The notes beneath the pieces were generated by a model. That model made no database searches and was not told where the DNA came from. It saw only the letters and a program-made list of their open reading frames with translations. Below, piece after piece: positions 43,126-51,879 of a stretch of DNA of 64,000 nt (its first letter is position 1; each line of letters begins with the position of its first letter). This DNA comes from Escherichia phage A73. Both the position numbers and the translations under genes were made by a program. Location: sequence record OP778609, one strand, 5' to 3'.

Positions 43126-43971
43126 TTATTTGCCCCCTTCTTTCGCCGCAGTGATGATCTGTTCAATTAACTCATCACGATAATAAACGTACTGTTCAAC
43201 ACCGAAACATTCCGCAATCTCGTCTAGTTCGTCGAGGTTGTACTCGTCAAAGTCTCGTGGGTTAAGAGTAAAGATGTTGAATTTTTTGGCGTAGCCTTCG
43301 TCGAGGACGATTTCAAATTCTCCCTCTCCGATTTCCTTCGCATCATCAACATCACTCGATTCGATTGACCCTTCAACCTTAATCCCCCCTGTATTTTGTT
43401 GATCGGCTTCCATTTGCTTTTTAATTGCTTCATCTTCAGCGGTCAAACGGGCTTGCATCTGAGAGGAAGTGAAGTAAATTTCGCCAGCACGATCAAACAG
43501 TTCAACGAGTTCATCTTCTGTCATAACACCCTTGTACAGATCGTAGTATTTCTCTTTGAACAGGTCTTTGTAGAAATCGCTACGTTTAAATACCAGTGCT
43601 GAATCACCACCCATACTCATCTGAACGTTGTGGAACATGTAATGAGAACCTGGACGACAAATTCGAACATGACCAGACAAGAAGATCATTGTTGCAGCAC
43701 TTGCCACTTCACCAATACCGTGTGTTACAACAGTCGCCTTTGTTTCAGAGATCGCTGTCATGTACATATCTGCGATATCACAATAACCACCACAAGAAGT
43801 AATGTACAGATTTACAATATCACCTTCAGGTGCTGAACGAATCAGGTCAACAGCCTCGATATGTGCTTCAGGTGAATTGTGCAGATCCGTAACATAAATA
43901 CGCCAATCGTTAGAAGTTACTGGAGACACCCAAATGTTTTTTGCCGGACCATTCATTACGATTTCTTCCAT
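43126..43971 (-). CDS. ClpP-family serine protease-like protein (281 aa)
   Basis: YITSCGGY..GEVASAATMIFLSG..MFHN matches ClpP core; acidic C-terminal extension. Confidence 0.6.
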   Translation of the reverse strand: MEEIVMNGPAKNIWVSPVTSNDWRIYVTDLHNSPEAHIEAVDLIRSAPEGDIVNLYITSCGGYCDIADMYMTAISETKATVVTHGIGEVASAATMIFLSGHVRICRPGSHYMFHNVQMSMGGDSALVFKRSDFYKDLFKEKYYDLYKGVMTEDELVELFDRAGEIYFTSSQMQARLTAEDEAIKKQMEADQQNTGGIKVEGSIESSDVDDAKEIGEGEFEIVLDEGYAKKFNIFTLNPRDFDEYNLDELDEIAECFGVEQYVYYRDELIEQIITAAKEGGK

Positions 43972-43983
43972 ATTAATTCCCCC

Positions 43984-44454
43984 TTAGCTAATTAAAGTAC
44001 GGATGCGGGTAGCGTTTTGCAGAACCCAGTCTACTACGACAGAATGATCAGAGTCAACAATTACTTCATGATGACGTTTGAACATATCAAGAATCTTTGC
44101 TGCTTCGGCAGTATAAAGTGCCGCACGATCTAAAAAGATAATCTGCTCTTTAAGTTCTTCTGTAATCGGACATAACTTACTTGGGACCTTGATGGCTGAC
44201 AAATGTTCTACCAACTCTTTTCGAGTAGAGAACATAATATCAACTTCCTGATCGATACTAAGAGAGCCTAAGAATAAGCGAGAAAACCATCCACGATACT
44301 CATCGTTGTTTTTACGCAAAGTCTTAATTCCAAATATTAACTCTTCGAACAGGGCTGTTGCAATTTCTTCAATACGATCAGGAACAATAGCCCCACAATT
44401 TTTCAATTCCATCAGTTTACGATGATCAACTGTTGCGTACATACCCTTATCCAT
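43984..44454 (-). CDS. hypothetical protein (156 aa)
   Basis: ATG verified. Confidence 0.5.
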   Translation of the reverse strand: MDKGMYATVDHRKLMELKNCGAIVPDRIEEIATALFEELIFGIKTLRKNNDEYRGWFSRLFLGSLSIDQEVDIMFSTRKELVEHLSAIKVPSKLCPITEELKEQIIFLDRAALYTAEAAKILDMFKRHHEVIVDSDHSVVVDWVLQNATRIRTLIS

Positions 44455-44462
44455 ATCACCCC

Positions 44463-44780
44463 TTAAATTCCGATTAAATATTTAAACTTCCCGTCGTTCT
44501 CTGCGATCTTGTGGATTACATAGAACCAATTTTCAATTCCGTCTTCATCTTCCTCTTTCACACGATCACCAGTTTTTAACTCAACCTCGGAAACGTACTC
44601 CTTACTTTCAAGGAAATACTTCCACTGAACCATGTCTTTAAAATTACAGATTAGTTTATTTTTGCCATCTGTCGTCCAAAGGTCCTGATTGACCCACATA
44701 CCAACAACGAAATTCTTTTCTTTCTTAGGACGACCAAGTGCATAAGTGTTGTTTAACATCTTTGCTTTATCTAAGACCAC
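44463..44780 (-). CDS. hypothetical protein (105 aa)
   Basis: GTG start preceded by GGAG. Confidence 0.45.
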   Translation of the reverse strand: MVLDKAKMLNNTYALGRPKKEKNFVVGMWVNQDLWTTDGKNKLICNFKDMVQWKYFLESKEYVSEVELKTGDRVKEEDEDGIENWFYVIHKIAENDGKFKYLIGI

Positions 44781-45384
44781 GTTTTGACTCCAAGTTAACT
44801 AAGAAACTCTCAAGCACTGCGATGTTGTCTTCTTTCCAAAGATTAAGTGTTCTTACACCATTCTTCTTTGCCAGATTGACTGCTGTTGCAGTGCCGCCTT
44901 TAGGATTACCCGTCTTTGTTTCCTTTGCGTAGTATATCACAAATTTACTTTGCATCAAGTAGGCATTTGAAAGATTTTTACCAAAAATTTGGTGTACGTT
45001 TCTTTCGTGTAATTTCCTTGCCCCTTGACTCAACTTGTCCCATCCACCATGAACTTCCTTTATCCATTCCCATCGCATTTCTGTATGTTCTGGAAATTCT
45101 TTATCAATCGTGTTCAGGGAGATATTATACAGATCTTTAAGTCCTTGTCCACCTTTAAAGTTGTCCCAAGGAACATATATCTCTGCAAGTTTGCTCGGTG
45201 ATTGAGTCATATTGCAATCTTCATGAAACTTCTGCATACCTCTTTGGAAAGCTGCATCTGCACCATCTGCACCGCCAGATCGTAATGTATATCCGACCCT
45301 TGCTAATCTCCAACCCGCATCTTCCATAATTTTTAATACTTCTTCAGGGGCCTCCCTTGAACCTATTCCTGTATAAGCTGGCAC
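44767..45384 (-). CDS. DprA/Smf-like Rossmann-fold (SLOG-type) protein (about 206 aa)
   Basis: GIGSREAP..LRSGGADGADAAF motif; GTG 45384 preceded by AAGGAGG; track ORF extends to 45498, overlapping nrdG. Confidence 0.45.
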   Translation of the reverse strand: MPAYTGIGSREAPEEVLKIMEDAGWRLARVGYTLRSGGADGADAAFQRGMQKFHEDCNMTQSPSKLAEIYVPWDNFKGGQGLKDLYNISLNTIDKEFPEHTEMRWEWIKEVHGGWDKLSQGARKLHERNVHQIFGKNLSNAYLMQSKFVIYYAKETKTGNPKGGTATAVNLAKKNGVRTLNLWKEDNIAVLESFLVNLESKRGLR

Positions 45385-45385
45385 T

Positions 45386-45868
45386 TTAACCTCCTTCATC
45401 TTCAGTTGACCAGTACCCATTAACTTTTTTCCAAAGTCTTTGGTTATCTGATCCCCTGAATCTTTTAGTTGTAGGTTTGTTTTCATCATACTTGCCATCC
45501 ATGATTAAGTCAACGTATTTCTTTATTTCCTCATCTAAGTCTTGAAAAAGATACCCTGTCCACACCATGATATCTTTACTCTCACCAAAGCACGACTTTA
45601 CTTCCTTGATAATTCTTTTTACAACATCAATATTCTCAGGGTCAAGAGGTTCTCCACCCATAATTGACAATCCACTGATAAAATTTCGAGAAAGATCTTT
45701 TTTCAAACTCTCCATATCTTCATCTGTGAATTCTTTCCCATACCTGTATGACCAAGCCTTTTGGTTAAAACAACCCTTACACTTATGACTGCATCCACTA
45801 ACCCAGAGAGAGGTTCTTACCCCCTCTCCATTGATGAAGTCTGTTCTTTCATATCCGCAAATGTTCAA
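45386..45868 (-). CDS. nrdG: anaerobic ribonucleotide reductase activating enzyme (radical SAM)
   Basis: CxxxCxxC (CSHKCKGC); immediately downstream of nrdD; TTG start. Confidence 0.75.
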   Translation of the reverse strand: MNICGYERTDFINGEGVRTSLWVSGCSHKCKGCFNQKAWSYRYGKEFTDEDMESLKKDLSRNFISGLSIMGGEPLDPENIDVVKRIIKEVKSCFGESKDIMVWTGYLFQDLDEEIKKYVDLIMDGKYDENKPTTKRFRGSDNQRLWKKVNGYWSTEDEGG

Positions 45869-47943
45869 ACGTGTTTTTCCCTTTGTAAGACCTCCTGCAT
45901 CTTACCTTTGTTATAAGGTCTTGCATTTGGTGCAGATAAATAACCAGAAACCCTTCGGATTACTGAAATTGTTCCCTCTTCTTTGTTACCGCAACAAGGG
46001 CATTCAAAACCTTTAGCCGTTGCATCGAACTCCCCGCTAAAGTTACATTTAAAGCACTGGTCTACAGGTTGATTAACACCGAAGTAAGGTATGGTTTTAT
46101 AACCGTAATCGATCAACGTTTCAAGTGCCTTCATATTATTTTTCAAGTTTGGCGTTTCAACATAACCAATATTACCGCCTGAACTTATTGTTGCGAAACC
46201 GGATTCATACTTCCACTTAGCGAAAGGATCTGAATGTTCCCAAACAGGTGCATGAAAAGAGTTTGTAAGATAGTCTCGCTTAATGGCTTCTGGATATTTT
46301 TCCTTAAGCTTGGTGGCGAAACGATAACATAAACTCTCAGCGGGTGTTCCGTAGAGGCTAAAGGAAATACGTGAACGCTCTTTAAATTCATCACATTTGA
46401 TTTTCATGTGATTGAGGATCATTACCGCTAAAGCCTTATGCTTTTGCCCCACCATAATATCAACTGCTTCCGATAAGCCTACATATCCAATACTGATCGA
46501 TGCGTACCCGTCATAGAATAACTTACTAATCTTTTCATCAGCACCCAATCTTGCTAAAGCACCCTCCATAAACAGGGTTGGGTTTTGAGATGCTTTCACA
46601 TTCTTGAGTCTATTGACACGAACCATATGCGATTCATATGCGTTTTCCATGTGCTGGTCAAGAAGTGCATAAAAATTACCACCTTTGGCTTTATACTCTG
46701 CCGCAATCAATGGGAGGTTGATCGACACAACACCAAGGTTGAACCTTCCATCATACTTCTCTCCATGTTCTGTCGTAAATTTGGAAAGGAAGCTCCTACA
46801 ACCCATACTTGTAACTTTCCCATCTGAAGATCCAGTAACCTCTTTATTTAATGGCACAGAGATGAAGTCAGGATAGATCCTTTCAACACAGCACTGCATT
46901 GCTATTTGTTTAAGGTCATAATTAACATCACCAGGTTTCAGGTTTACACCATCTTGCAAAAAGAAGACAACCTTCGGAAAAACTGGAGTTACCTTATCCT
47001 TGCCAAGCCCCTCAGTATGGACCTTTAGATAGTTTTTGGTAATCATCCTACCAAACTCTGAAGTTTCAAGACCCATACTGATCGTAATGAAAGGCGATTG
47101 ACCGTTAACACTCATTAAAGTATTAACCTGATAAACCAGAGTCTGCATTGCATCATACACATCTCGGTCTGTCATTTCCATTGCTAAAGATTCATTAGGT
47201 TTTCCGATCTTTTCTAAAAACTCGATATTCTTTTTGTGACTCATCTCAACATATGTTTTCAAACCCTCATCGATATGAGCACATGTTTGTCCTCCGTATT
47301 GACTGGATGCTACAGCCTGAATGATTTGAGTCAGAACTGTTGTTGCAACACCAATCGACTTAGGTTTTTCGATCTTCGCATTTCCAATCTTAAAACCATT
47401 TTCAAGCATGTCCCGATAGTTAACAAGACAACAGTTAGTTAATGGACTAACCAAATAATCCAAGTCGTGAATGTGACCATAACCTTCATTGTGCCAAGCA
47501 GCGAGGTCTTTTGGCAAGATCTGATTAATACTGACATGCTTGCTTAAAATACCTGCCAGCAAGTCCCGATGAGTATTTACCAAATTGCTAGGTTTGTTTG
47601 CATTCTCACGAGTAAATTCTTCAGCCGTTTGATCCAAAAATCCGCTAATATCTGAATAAAGTTTACCTTTGCCTTCACGAACTGAATCCCGATCATGACG
47701 GTATTCAATATAGCATCTGGCAACATCTTGAAGATTTTTCTGACTCATTAAGGTATTCTCAACAACCTTATGAATCTCTTCTACAGATATACGATCTTTA
47801 TCTTCAATCTGACTAACGACTTCAGTAATGAGTTTATCAACATCGGCTTTAGTGCCTGCGGATAAAAGAGCGCCCCGAAGGGCTGCTCCGATCTTATCCG
47901 TGCACAAGGTTTCTTCACGCCCGTCACGTTTTGCAATAATCAA
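45865..47943 (-). CDS. nrdD: anaerobic ribonucleoside-triphosphate reductase (class III)
   Basis: 692 aa; ATP-cone-like N-terminus IAKRDGREE..KI; C-terminal glycyl-radical motif RVSGYL; Cys cluster CFKCN..CPCCG; TTG start after AAGGAGG. Confidence 0.8.
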   Translation of the reverse strand: MIIAKRDGREETLCTDKIGAALRGALLSAGTKADVDKLITEVVSQIEDKDRISVEEIHKVVENTLMSQKNLQDVARCYIEYRHDRDSVREGKGKLYSDISGFLDQTAEEFTRENANKPSNLVNTHRDLLAGILSKHVSINQILPKDLAAWHNEGYGHIHDLDYLVSPLTNCCLVNYRDMLENGFKIGNAKIEKPKSIGVATTVLTQIIQAVASSQYGGQTCAHIDEGLKTYVEMSHKKNIEFLEKIGKPNESLAMEMTDRDVYDAMQTLVYQVNTLMSVNGQSPFITISMGLETSEFGRMITKNYLKVHTEGLGKDKVTPVFPKVVFFLQDGVNLKPGDVNYDLKQIAMQCCVERIYPDFISVPLNKEVTGSSDGKVTSMGCRSFLSKFTTEHGEKYDGRFNLGVVSINLPLIAAEYKAKGGNFYALLDQHMENAYESHMVRVNRLKNVKASQNPTLFMEGALARLGADEKISKLFYDGYASISIGYVGLSEAVDIMVGQKHKALAVMILNHMKIKCDEFKERSRISFSLYGTPAESLCYRFATKLKEKYPEAIKRDYLTNSFHAPVWEHSDPFAKWKYESGFATISSGGNIGYVETPNLKNNMKALETLIDYGYKTIPYFGVNQPVDQCFKCNFSGEFDATAKGFECPCCGNKEEGTISVIRRVSGYLSAPNARPYNKGKMQEVLQREKHV

Positions 47944-47945
47944 CC

Positions 47946-48692
47946 TTAATTACCTCCTTTAAGATCCTTTTCACGAGCCTTGACAACTGCCTTACAGAAT
48001 GGACTACGAACGATTTCTTCACTAGTCGCTTCAACATAATCGGCAAAGTCGTAAAGTTCATGACGATCAATGAATTCGATTGCCCATTCTAATCCAGTTT
48101 CACGATTACGCATATCGTTCTGTGTGATATCGCCTAAGCAGAACAGCTTAGAACTTTCACCTTTACGAGTCATGATCGTGTAAGCCGTATCTTCATCTGT
48201 GTTCTGAAACTCATCGACAATAACAACCGCATTATCGAAAGAACGCCCACGGATATATTCCAGAGGAACAAATTCAATGTTACCACAACCCAACTGAGTT
48301 TCAAAGAAACCGTGACCGTAGCGTTGCTGAATAACCTGAATAAGTGCCTGAAGGAAAGGCTCGAATTTCTCACGGATAGTCCCAGGTAGTAACCCGAGGC
48401 TGTTCCCCATTCCCAATGTTGGTCGAGTAAGGACGATCTTTTCAATCTTACCTTGCTTCAGCCAATCAATAACGGTACTCATAATGACAAATGTCTTACC
48501 TGTACCCGCCGGAGCGTTAACGAAAACAACTTCCTTCTCGTTAACCAGAGATAACAATTCCTTTTGGAATCGGTTCTTTGGAGTAATAGGTTTTTTCAAC
48601 TCTTCATAGGCTTTAGGTGTTACCTGACGGCCTTTTGAACGCTTCTCTTCACGACGATCCTGACGAGATTTACGATTAGTATGACGTTGCAT
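47946..48692 (-). CDS. phoH: PhoH-like ATPase
   Basis: Walker A NAPAGTGKT; 248 aa. Confidence 0.8.
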   Translation of the reverse strand: MQRHTNRKSRQDRREEKRSKGRQVTPKAYEELKKPITPKNRFQKELLSLVNEKEVVFVNAPAGTGKTFVIMSTVIDWLKQGKIEKIVLTRPTLGMGNSLGLLPGTIREKFEPFLQALIQVIQQRYGHGFFETQLGCGNIEFVPLEYIRGRSFDNAVVIVDEFQNTDEDTAYTIMTRKGESSKLFCLGDITQNDMRNRETGLEWAIEFIDRHELYDFADYVEATSEEIVRSPFCKAVVKAREKDLKGGN

Positions 48693-48707
48693 AGAGTACC
48701 TCGCTTC

Positions 48708-49091
48708 TTAAGGGTAGAGTTTATGAGGGAGTTGGAAATGAGGACCATCTTTAAATGAAGTCCAATCACCGCCCCACTCAATCGGGATGTTTAATTCTTT
48801 TGCTGCATCCTTAACAGCTTCTGCCATCGGGTAATAATATTTCCAGTCCCAAGTAACCGATCCGTTAACCAAAGGCCACAAATCTACAGCATGTCCGGTC
48901 AGATGACGACTATTCATCGTTTTACTCTTACCTTCTGCAACATACTTACGTTGGGTTTCTATTGTACGTAGACCTTCACCAACAGTAAAGTCAATCGTAC
49001 TCTTTTTGATTGCCAGTTTCACAACTTCAACCAAGTCGGGATGAACGCCCTTAAGACGTTCAATACTCCGTTTACCTAATACAAATCCCAT
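48708..49091 (-). CDS. endolysin, L-alanyl-D-glutamate peptidase (M15/VanY-like)
   Basis: 127 aa; resembles the T5 endolysin (from memory) with SRHLTGHAVDL and GGDW motifs. Confidence 0.75.
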   Translation of the reverse strand: MGFVLGKRSIERLKGVHPDLVEVVKLAIKKSTIDFTVGEGLRTIETQRKYVAEGKSKTMNSRHLTGHAVDLWPLVNGSVTWDWKYYYPMAEAVKDAAKELNIPIEWGGDWTSFKDGPHFQLPHKLYP

Positions 49092-49099
49092 TAAGTCTC

Positions 49100-49510
49100 C
49101 TAGTGAGTAACTTCAGTTTTTACATACCCCAAGATCAAATCATCTTGGATCTCTTTCATCGCCACAGACATTTTCAACTGAACTTCAGCGATAGCTTCTG
49201 AATATTCAATTTCGTCTACAAAGCGTTGAAGATGTTCAGTGGATAACGAATCCATATTTTCCACGATCGCATTCTGCATTACCTTTTCGTAATTTTCAGA
49301 AGTCATCGCTTCAACGATCTTCTGTTGATTTCGGACCTTAATGATATCTTCTTCTGTCTTATCTTCAATACCTTTCAGGAAGTCCAGCGTCATCACTGCC
49401 ACTTCAAGGTTTGCGTCAATTGCCTTACCAACAACGTACTTTGCAATTTTATGAAGCAGACGCTCACGATCAGTCAGTTCTTTTTCAATTTTATCAACGG
49501 TATTAGTCAT
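49100..49510 (-). CDS. hypothetical protein (136 aa)
   Basis: helical, charged; no TM. Confidence 0.5.
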   Translation of the reverse strand: MTNTVDKIEKELTDRERLLHKIAKYVVGKAIDANLEVAVMTLDFLKGIEDKTEEDIIKVRNQQKIVEAMTSENYEKVMQNAIVENMDSLSTEHLQRFVDEIEYSEAIAEVQLKMSVAMKEIQDDLILGYVKTEVTH

Positions 49511-49797
49511 TACAGATCTCCCAGGTCATCGTTATTGAAGTCAAGTTCTACTTTGCTCGGCAAATTCTTTGCTACCAGTTCAGTGTAGCCACCAACGTAC
49601 TCACTGTCAATAAAAATCTGAGGAACTGTACGTGGAACATAACCAACAGCATCGCTTACCTTTTTAACCATCTCTTGCAGATTGCCAGAGTTTGCACCCA
49701 CGTCAATATACTCATACTCATAACCTTTCTGATCAAGGAGGGTTTTTGCATTGTCACAGAATGGGCAGTTTACTTTACCAAAAATCACATTACTCAT
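49510..49797 (-). CDS. glutaredoxin/NrdH-like redoxin
   Basis: CPFC active site (GKVNCPFCDNAK); ATG 49797 preceded by AAGGAGA. Confidence 0.75.
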   Translation of the reverse strand: MSNVIFGKVNCPFCDNAKTLLDQKGYEYEYIDVGANSGNLQEMVKKVSDAVGYVPRTVPQIFIDSEYVGGYTELVAKNLPSKVELDFNNDDLGDL

Positions 49798-49834
49798 TAT
49801 CAATCTCCTTTATCCAGAAAACAAAACTATTTAA

Positions 49835-50029
49835 TCACACTTCTTTGAACGTTGCAAGCACTGTTGATTCAATTTCGTAATAATTTTCACGAACTTTGAT
49901 ATCTTCATTCAATGCCCAAGGTACACCAAGGTCAGTGCTTACATATTGGAGATCATCTGATCCATCATAAACAGAATTCTGTTCAAACACAAAACCTTCC
50001 ACTGCAAAAGTACAAATAAGTTTTTTCAC
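49835..50029 (-). CDS. hypothetical protein (about 64 aa)
   Basis: GTG start preceded by GGAGA; track ORF extends into nrdB. Confidence 0.35.
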   Translation of the reverse strand: MKKLICTFAVEGFVFEQNSVYDGSDDLQYVSTDLGVPWALNEDIKVRENYYEIESTVLATFKEV

Positions 50030-50049
50030 TTTTAGAATCTCCAGGTTAA

Positions 50050-50063
50050 GGGCCTTTCGGCCC
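50050..50063 (-). other. GC hairpin GGGCC-GAAA-GGCCC without U tract
   Basis: between nrdB stop and next start. Confidence 0.45.
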
Positions 50064-50069
50064 AGCTTA

Positions 50070-51167
50070 TTAAAGTTCGAAATCGAAGTCAGATGCACTT
50101 ACTGAAGAGTCAACCTGACCAGACAGATATTGACCATTTTCTAGTTCCTGTGGAGTCACCTGGACGTTTTTAGTATTCAGGTGGCTATTGATCCAAGGGA
50201 TCGGATTCTTCAGTGGCTTACTGATGAAACTATCTAAACCAACTGCTCGCATACGTTGGTCAGCCATATAATCTACGTATTGCCACAGGATCTCTTTATT
50301 CAGTCCAACCATCGAACCATCTTTGAACAGGTATTCTGCCCAATCACGTTCTTGCTGTCGTGCCTGTAAGAACAACTCACGGGCTTCATCTTTACAATCT
50401 TCTGCAACTCGTGCAATAAGGTCACCTTCACGACCACTCTGCATTTCGTTCAGAATATACTGAGTACCCGACAAATGCAAGGCTTCATCACGAGCGATCA
50501 GTTCAATAATGTTGGTGTTACCAGTCATGATACTACGCTCACCAAATGCAAACGAACATGCAAAGCTCACATAGAAACGGATTGCTTCCAGAGCATTAAT
50601 GCTGTGCATACACAGATACAGTGCTCGTGCATGTGCATAACGATCAACTGACAAGTTCAAAGCGTAACGACTGTTCAACTGGAATAAATCGTCATACAGC
50701 CTCGTAACCGCATCTGCACGTTCCAGAATTTCTGGAGTTTTCATGATCTCATCAAGAATTGCAGAAGGATCACTAAATACATTTCGAATAATGTGTGTAT
50801 ATGAACGGCTGTGGATTGTTTCACTGAAACCCCAAGTCTCAATCCAAGTTTCCAAAGCTGGATCAGAAACAATTGGAAGTAATACTGCATTCGGGCCACG
50901 CCCTTGAACTGAATCAAGCAATGTTTGATACTTAAGGTTACTAATGAAAATATGTTTTTCATGATCAGGTAATCCCATAAAGTCAATTCGGTCGCGGGTC
51001 ACATCGATCTCTTCCGGCCGCCAGAAGAATGCCAACTGCTTTTCTGTCAGCTTTTCAAATTTGTTGTGTTTTTGCTTGTCGTAACGAGAAACGTTAACAG
51101 ACTCGCCAAAGAACATCGGTTGTTCCATAAAATCAAACTGGTTTTTGTTAAAAGTTGTGTAACTCAC
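50070..51167 (-). CDS. nrdB: ribonucleotide reductase class Ia beta subunit
   Basis: 365 aa; di-iron ligand helices (..HSRSYTHI.., EALHLSG); GTG start after GAGGAG. Confidence 0.8.
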   Translation of the reverse strand: MSYTTFNKNQFDFMEQPMFFGESVNVSRYDKQKHNKFEKLTEKQLAFFWRPEEIDVTRDRIDFMGLPDHEKHIFISNLKYQTLLDSVQGRGPNAVLLPIVSDPALETWIETWGFSETIHSRSYTHIIRNVFSDPSAILDEIMKTPEILERADAVTRLYDDLFQLNSRYALNLSVDRYAHARALYLCMHSINALEAIRFYVSFACSFAFGERSIMTGNTNIIELIARDEALHLSGTQYILNEMQSGREGDLIARVAEDCKDEARELFLQARQQERDWAEYLFKDGSMVGLNKEILWQYVDYMADQRMRAVGLDSFISKPLKNPIPWINSHLNTKNVQVTPQELENGQYLSGQVDSSVSASDFDFEL

Positions 51168-51222
51168 TTATTATCTCCTCTTCGCTAATCTGAAAACCAT
51201 TATACCTAAACTTACCAGGAAA

Positions 51223-51564
51223 TCAATAGTTATTTCTTAAAATTTCAATCCCATACCGCTTAAAGACTTCCTTTGCTGCCATAAACTTTTGTGCTGCACT
51301 TGGATTTGAAGTGTGAACAAACAGAACAGCAGGATACAGGATCGGTTTGCCAAACACAAGTTTTTCTTCTAACATTTCTAAGCAACGGTAACCTTCTTTT
51401 GAATCTTCACCAAGATCATTGTCGAAATGCCATTCTGTTACCCGACGATACATTTTATTAGGGTCCTCAAGGAACTCTATAAACTGGTCAGAATTTTTAA
51501 ACCAGATGGCATCATCATGCCCGTAATCTTTCGGATCTCTCAAATCATCAAGCCAAATCTTCAT
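51223..51564 (-). CDS. hypothetical protein (113 aa), possible receiver-like fold
   Basis: MKIWLDDLRDP..WHFDNDLGED..VHTSNP pattern; family not securely identified. Confidence 0.45.
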   Translation of the reverse strand: MKIWLDDLRDPKDYGHDDAIWFKNSDQFIEFLEDPNKMYRRVTEWHFDNDLGEDSKEGYRCLEMLEEKLVFGKPILYPAVLFVHTSNPSAAQKFMAAKEVFKRYGIEILRNNY

Positions 51565-51593
51565 CCTTTCCTCCTGTCTCGTTTATGTGATTT

Positions 51594-51621
51594 ATTATAC
51601 GGATTACTTTACCAAAGTCAA
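51594..51621 (-). promoter_or_regulatory. sigma70 promoter TTGACT-16-TATAAT (minus strand)
   Basis: consensus hexamers; -35 overlaps U tract of terminator 51620-51646. Confidence 0.6.
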
Positions 51622-51646
51622 TAAAAAACCGCCCCAAAGGGCGGTT
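51620..51646 (-). terminator. rho-independent terminator AACCGCCC-TTTG-GGGCGGTT + T6
   Basis: seen directly on minus strand after ORF 51651. Confidence 0.8.
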
Positions 51647-51650
51647 AATT

Positions 51651-51839
51651 TCAATTGTACTTGTTGAGAATCTTAAACATATCTTTTGCAATATATTTAT
51701 TGTCTCGACAACCAGCAAGGTTGTTACGAAGTGCAGCCATATAGATCTCTGTACCACAACCTGGGTATTTCGTTCCGAATCTTTTTGCCTGCCGTTTAAA
51801 TGTCCAACGATCAATAAAGAACCACGAGATAAACTTCAT
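51651..51839 (-). CDS. hypothetical protein (62 aa)
   Basis: ATG 51839 preceded by GAGGAGG; track start 51857. Confidence 0.5.
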   Translation of the reverse strand: MKFISWFFIDRWTFKRQAKRFGTKYPGCGTEIYMAALRNNLAGCRDNKYIAKDMFKILNKYN

Positions 51840-51850
51840 ATTCCTCCTCA

Positions 51851-51866
51851 GAACCACCCCAAAGGG
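51851..51866 (-). other. GC hairpin CCACCC-TTTG-GGGTGG without U tract
   Basis: between nrdA stop and RBS of next gene. Confidence 0.45.
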
Positions 51867-51879
51867 TGGCTATTCATTG

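Noticed and set aside
48708-49510. Holin expected next to the endolysin
   Set aside because: The adjacent 136-aa ORF has no transmembrane segment; small membrane proteins elsewhere (33622-33783, 30345-30452, 40116-40762) are candidates but none could be assigned as holin from sequence alone.
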